Source: Rhodosorus marinus CCMP1338
Lineage: Eukaryota > Plantae > Rhodophyta
Assembly (NCBI GenBank): GCA_029953675.1
Contig: JAMWBK010000003.1
Location: 1,922,001-1,986,000 of the forward strand
DNA: 64,000 bases
Direction: 5' to 3'
The position numbers and the translations under genes were made by a program. The notes under the pieces were generated by a model. It saw only the letters and a program-made list of their open reading frames with translations, did no database searches and was not told the DNA's origin. Every line of letters starts with the position of its first letter. The first letter of the stretch is position 1. Below, piece by piece: positions 60,475 through 64,000 of the stretch.

Positions 60475-62028
60475 TCATATAAGATGATTTTCCTCGTAGT
60501 AGTCCTGGAAAGTCACCAGTAGCTCGACGTGATCCACAGGGTCGATCTGGAATCCAATGCGTAGAATTCTTGACGTCGCCAGCGTTGAGACCTGCTCAAC
60601 CGTGTATAAACCATCGTCGAGCAAGGTTAACAGAGCTAGATGCAGCGGAGGCGTGAGGTGGCTGGAGTCCATGGGTACTGAATAGGCACTCGCGTCCAGT
60701 ACCTCTTGGGTCGCGTCATGTTCATTGACGCTGACCAAGGAAATTTTCCCCGCCACACCGTCTGTTTTCGCTGATTCGGAGTTGAGCGCCTTCTGTACGG
60801 CACAGTTTAGCTCCTCCCAGAGGCCACCTTGTTGCATCTCCCTCTGCGTTTTTCCACCACTCCTCCTCGACTTTACCATTGTGTTCGTTGAACCCCGGGT
60901 GCTGTAGTTTGATAGTGCCGGTTGACCACGAGCCAAATGCATCGAGAAAAGGTCCTTAATCAATGGATTCGCAAGGGTAGCACTTCGAGTGGGTCCATCG
61001 AAGCTCATTAAATACAACGGCAGGACTCTCGAATTCTGAGCTTGTACAATATCCACCACCGTTCCAAAAGTTGCTCCAATGATGTTCGAGAGTACGTTCA
61101 TCCCAGCGCCGACCACTGGAATCGCACCAGCGCCGACTACTGCCAAGGGCGTGTTTGGCGTCCCCTTTTCGCCCCAAGAACCACTCCCAAGGTCTCTGAG
61201 TTTCTCGTTGATTACTAGGGGGGGTTTTAGAGCAATTCGCCTAGATCCTCCTCCATCGGCAGAAGACGATTTCTCGAGTCTTGACGGAACCTTCTTTAGC
61301 TCGGTGAGCACATTGTCCATTTGCAAATTGGCAGGGATCTGATCTGAAGCAGACTTGGCCGCGTTCTTCGCAGCTTTGACAACTTGCTGGGCCCTGTAAA
61401 AAGCAAGCCCCTTTTTCGCGCTTTCAACACACTCCTTCATGCTCAACTTGTACTCTTGTCTTCGCATGTTGATAAGCTGCATCAGCGCGTCCGGGTCAAG
61501 CAGTTTTCTCGACGTTTTGGACAGCACTTGCCATTGAAACGAACGCATCAAGCTCTTATCCGCGCGCTTCGCCTTCTTCGATGGAAACCAGCTTTGAAGC
61601 TTTTCGGCTTGGTCAACCAGCATCAAATCATGTTCCTCTTCAGTGGTTTGCTGCCCCGAGCCGAGTGTGAACTCATTCCTGATCGAGGCTCCTAGGCTCT
61701 TCGCGCCGTCCACTAGACTGTGCAAAACCGTCACCACGACGCCAGCCCCGAGCCGCACTGCACTTCGGCCTCGAATGGACGCCTTCTCAACCTCATCCAG
61801 GCCCTTTCTAACTTCCTTCGCGGTCTTTTTTGCAGTTTTACTCTTCAAGCTCACAGTAGCCCCAGTTCCCTGAACAGTGGATTGAATCCAGTCCACGGTG
61901 ATCCCGAGATCTTTCTTCGCGCGCTCAACGACAAAGTTCTCACTCTTTCGCGCACATACTCGCGCCTTGCTTCGTTTCCTACATGAGCTGAAACTCGGCG
62001 CATCCGCCACAAAGCCCTGCTCAGCCAT
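60475..62028 (-). CDS. Hypothetical plastid-targeted protein, intronless, about 517 aa
   Basis: Long ORF; first ATG at 62028 gives MAEQGFVADAPSFSSCRKRSKARVCAR (transit-peptide-like). No family recognised. Confidence 0.75.
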   Translation of the reverse strand: MAEQGFVADAPSFSSCRKRSKARVCARKSENFVVERAKKDLGITVDWIQSTVQGTGATVSLKSKTAKKTAKEVRKGLDEVEKASIRGRSAVRLGAGVVVTVLHSLVDGAKSLGASIRNEFTLGSGQQTTEEEHDLMLVDQAEKLQSWFPSKKAKRADKSLMRSFQWQVLSKTSRKLLDPDALMQLINMRRQEYKLSMKECVESAKKGLAFYRAQQVVKAAKNAAKSASDQIPANLQMDNVLTELKKVPSRLEKSSSADGGGSRRIALKPPLVINEKLRDLGSGSWGEKGTPNTPLAVVGAGAIPVVGAGMNVLSNIIGATFGTVVDIVQAQNSRVLPLYLMSFDGPTRSATLANPLIKDLFSMHLARGQPALSNYSTRGSTNTMVKSRRSGGKTQREMQQGGLWEELNCAVQKALNSESAKTDGVAGKISLVSVNEHDATQEVLDASAYSVPMDSSHLTPPLHLALLTLLDDGLYTVEQVSTLATSRILRIGFQIDPVDHVELLVTFQDYYEENHLI

Positions 62029-63197
62029 CACATCCCTGGACACCGAGACACCAGGACAAGCTCAGCGAACACCAGCTTCCCAATCCGTAATAAACCGATC
62101 ACTACATGTTCCAAACCGAGTCTAGGAGACGCTTTCAGGACCACTCTCCATATCATTCCCTTACACCAGACAAAAGCAACCTGACCATCTACACTGTGAC
62201 GCTCCACCAACCCTCCCTCCCTCTACATCACATGAATGCCAGCGGCATCGATCGGCGAGGCAAACACCAATCCCAACTCTAGCTCAATGCTCCACGTAAA
62301 CAAACCAATGCGGCGCAGCGGATATTCAACTTATTCACAGGAAGAAACTGTTTCTAGTGCACATCACTAGAGGCATATAGCAGTGAAATCGATGGAATAA
62401 TCTAAATCTCTACTAATGTCTGAATCCATCCAACGGAAAGGGTGCAGCCACCGCTCCAGGACTCGTGTAATTCATTAACTAGAAGCCGCGAGAACTCAAA
62501 AATACTATTCGGATCACAAACACCGTTTCCATTGAAAATGATTCTTCCTCTGTGAGACGATCTTCTAATTCTAAAGAATGAAAGAGTTTAAAACGAACTT
62601 CAAATGAATGAAAACCTACAACGACCTCAACTATGAAACAAGATGTTAGTCTTCCATCCAACGGTGTCCAGTCAGGAAGGCCGGCAAAAACGCCTCCTTG
62701 TCCCGCCTCCCCCGTCCCCTTTTGCCCTCTTCATATTACTTTATATTGCAAATCTCTCCTTGAAGGAGATATAATATATTTTCATAATAAAATCAAATAA
62801 ACGCCAATTTTCTTTGTTCCCCTCTCAATCGAATTGAATTGGAAAAACGCCCGCCTCCTGGGCCAAATTAATTTCAAAAGTTCAACAAATGACAGTCTTT
62901 TAAATTTTTGGATTTTTGGAAAATATCTTTCCTCCCCTTTTTTTGGTCCCATTTCTCATAGTATTGCGACGTAAACAAGATACTAAATGTGTATCCAATC
63001 GTTTCGTGCTTGCCCGTTTTGTAATCTTGATTTGCTTTAATGTTTGGAGACAATCACCGAATAAAATATAGACACGCGTCTTTTATAGAGTTGTTTTTAC
63101 GAATGGAGAATCGACGCGTGTCGTCTCTGGGGAGGGCGAGGAGTCTGTTGAATGTGAGGGGGCGAGCTCTGGAGTCAGGTGGAGAGTTCTTACAAAC

Positions 63198-63200
<3 letters not shown>

Positions 63201-63243
<43 letters not shown>
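63201..63243. repeat. (AG)21 microsatellite
   Basis: Uninterrupted AG dinucleotide run. Confidence 0.95.
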
Positions 63244-63248
<5 letters not shown>

Positions 63249-63808
63249 GTACGAGCGGCAAGGTGAATAGCTTGTTCAGGATTCGTCCAATAGCTATTTT
63301 GGCCTGCGAGATTTTGGGGACAATCATTTTCCCAAAAGCTCCGGGTTACATTTGGCAAACAATGCCGAGACAAAGAGGGCGTGGATAAGCGTTCCAGAGT
63401 GATAGCCATCCACCGCTGCTGCGTGTGTCATCTCGACATTCACCAATAGTCGTTTTCCGGGTTGAGATTGAGCTTGCCGAGCATAAGACGCGAATAGCGA
63501 ATCTTGATAGACGGCTGGCACCTTCTGCTTGGGAGCCAAAAATATATTCGAAAACTAGAGATTTCGGGTTACTGCTGGAAGCTGGAATGTTCTTCCCCCC
63601 TGTCGAGAAGCACGGGCCAGTGAGAGTAACAGCCGACCATGGTTTTAAAGATTATGGGGTGTGATGGAGAGTTCTTATAGTTCCAGGCCTTTGGCCAGCG
63701 TCTTTTTTTGTCTGACGACAGAGCGGTGGGGCTGCGTTGGAGCTGCGATTACCAGCTCTGTGGACGGGTTTGGGTTGGTTTGAACTTTTGGGGCGGTTGT
63801 GTACAGAT

Positions 63809-64000
63809 ATGGACGCCGTTTCCGTTTTTGAACTTTTGGTACTATGGATCGTCGGGTACGGGACATACAAGTACCTGAAATTCCGATTGAATCCGCTTTA
63901 CCTTGCTGTAGGCCCCCCAGTGAAGGTTCCCATTGTGGGGCACCTGAAGGAGCTGGCTTTTGAGGAGGCGACTGCTCCGATGCTGAGGTGGGCCAAGGAG
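63809..64000 (+). CDS. Cytochrome P450, 5' fragment running off the window end
   Basis: Not in the ORF track. Reads MDAVSVFELLVLWIVGYGTYKYLKFRLNPLYLAVGPPVKVPIVGHLKELAFEEATAPMLRWAKE: membrane anchor, basic linker, GPP-x-x-x-P-I-V-G-H-L proline hinge and RWAKE, typical of eukaryotic P450 N-termini. Confidence 0.8.
   Translation, partial: MDAVSVFELLVLWIVGYGTYKYLKFRLNPLYLAVGPPVKVPIVGHLKELAFEEATAPMLRWAKE

Noticed and set aside
60269-60487. His-rich small ORF as a metal-binding peptide
   Set aside because: It overlaps the 3' end and UTR of the minus-strand gene, and the His run derives from low-complexity CAT/CAC repeats.
63675-64000. Open minus-strand frame running in from the window edge
   Set aside because: The + strand frame gives a clear P450 N-terminus, so the minus frame is most likely its shadow.

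Overview
Eukaryotic nuclear DNA from a compact algal genome, most likely a unicellular red alga. This is an inference from short GT-AG introns, AT-rich intergenic islands, nuclear genes for plastid proteins with M-x-F/GFV-type transit peptides, and an animal/fungal-type mitochondrial aconitase. The first 21 kb carry five intronless, same-strand paralogs encoding secreted right-handed beta-helix (pectin-lyase-fold) proteins of about 380-390 aa. One paralog has lost all three conserved candidate catalytic residues. The cluster is interleaved with ORF-poor DNA holding long hairpins, tandem duplications and a retroelement Gag remnant. The remainder is mostly housekeeping: DUF1517 protein, PSII S4-domain protein, plastid sigma factor, a Nup214-like nucleoporin with a 14-aa repeat array, aconitase, HAD nucleotidase, plastid SufS, reticulon, tRNA-Leu(CAG), NmrA-like protein, ING PHD protein, DJ-1/PfpI, a TRAF-type zinc-finger protein, a bHLH-ZIP factor resembling plant subgroup IVc, several unknown proteins and the 5' end of a cytochrome P450. 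Non-coding features include a 41-bp perfect palindrome, a cluster of hairpins with repeated CATAAAA loops and PUF-type motifs, a Copia remnant, a dispersed inverted repeat pair and a recurrent G-tract+TATA promoter motif. All family calls come from manual motif recognition, not database searches. Exon boundaries were read by eye.
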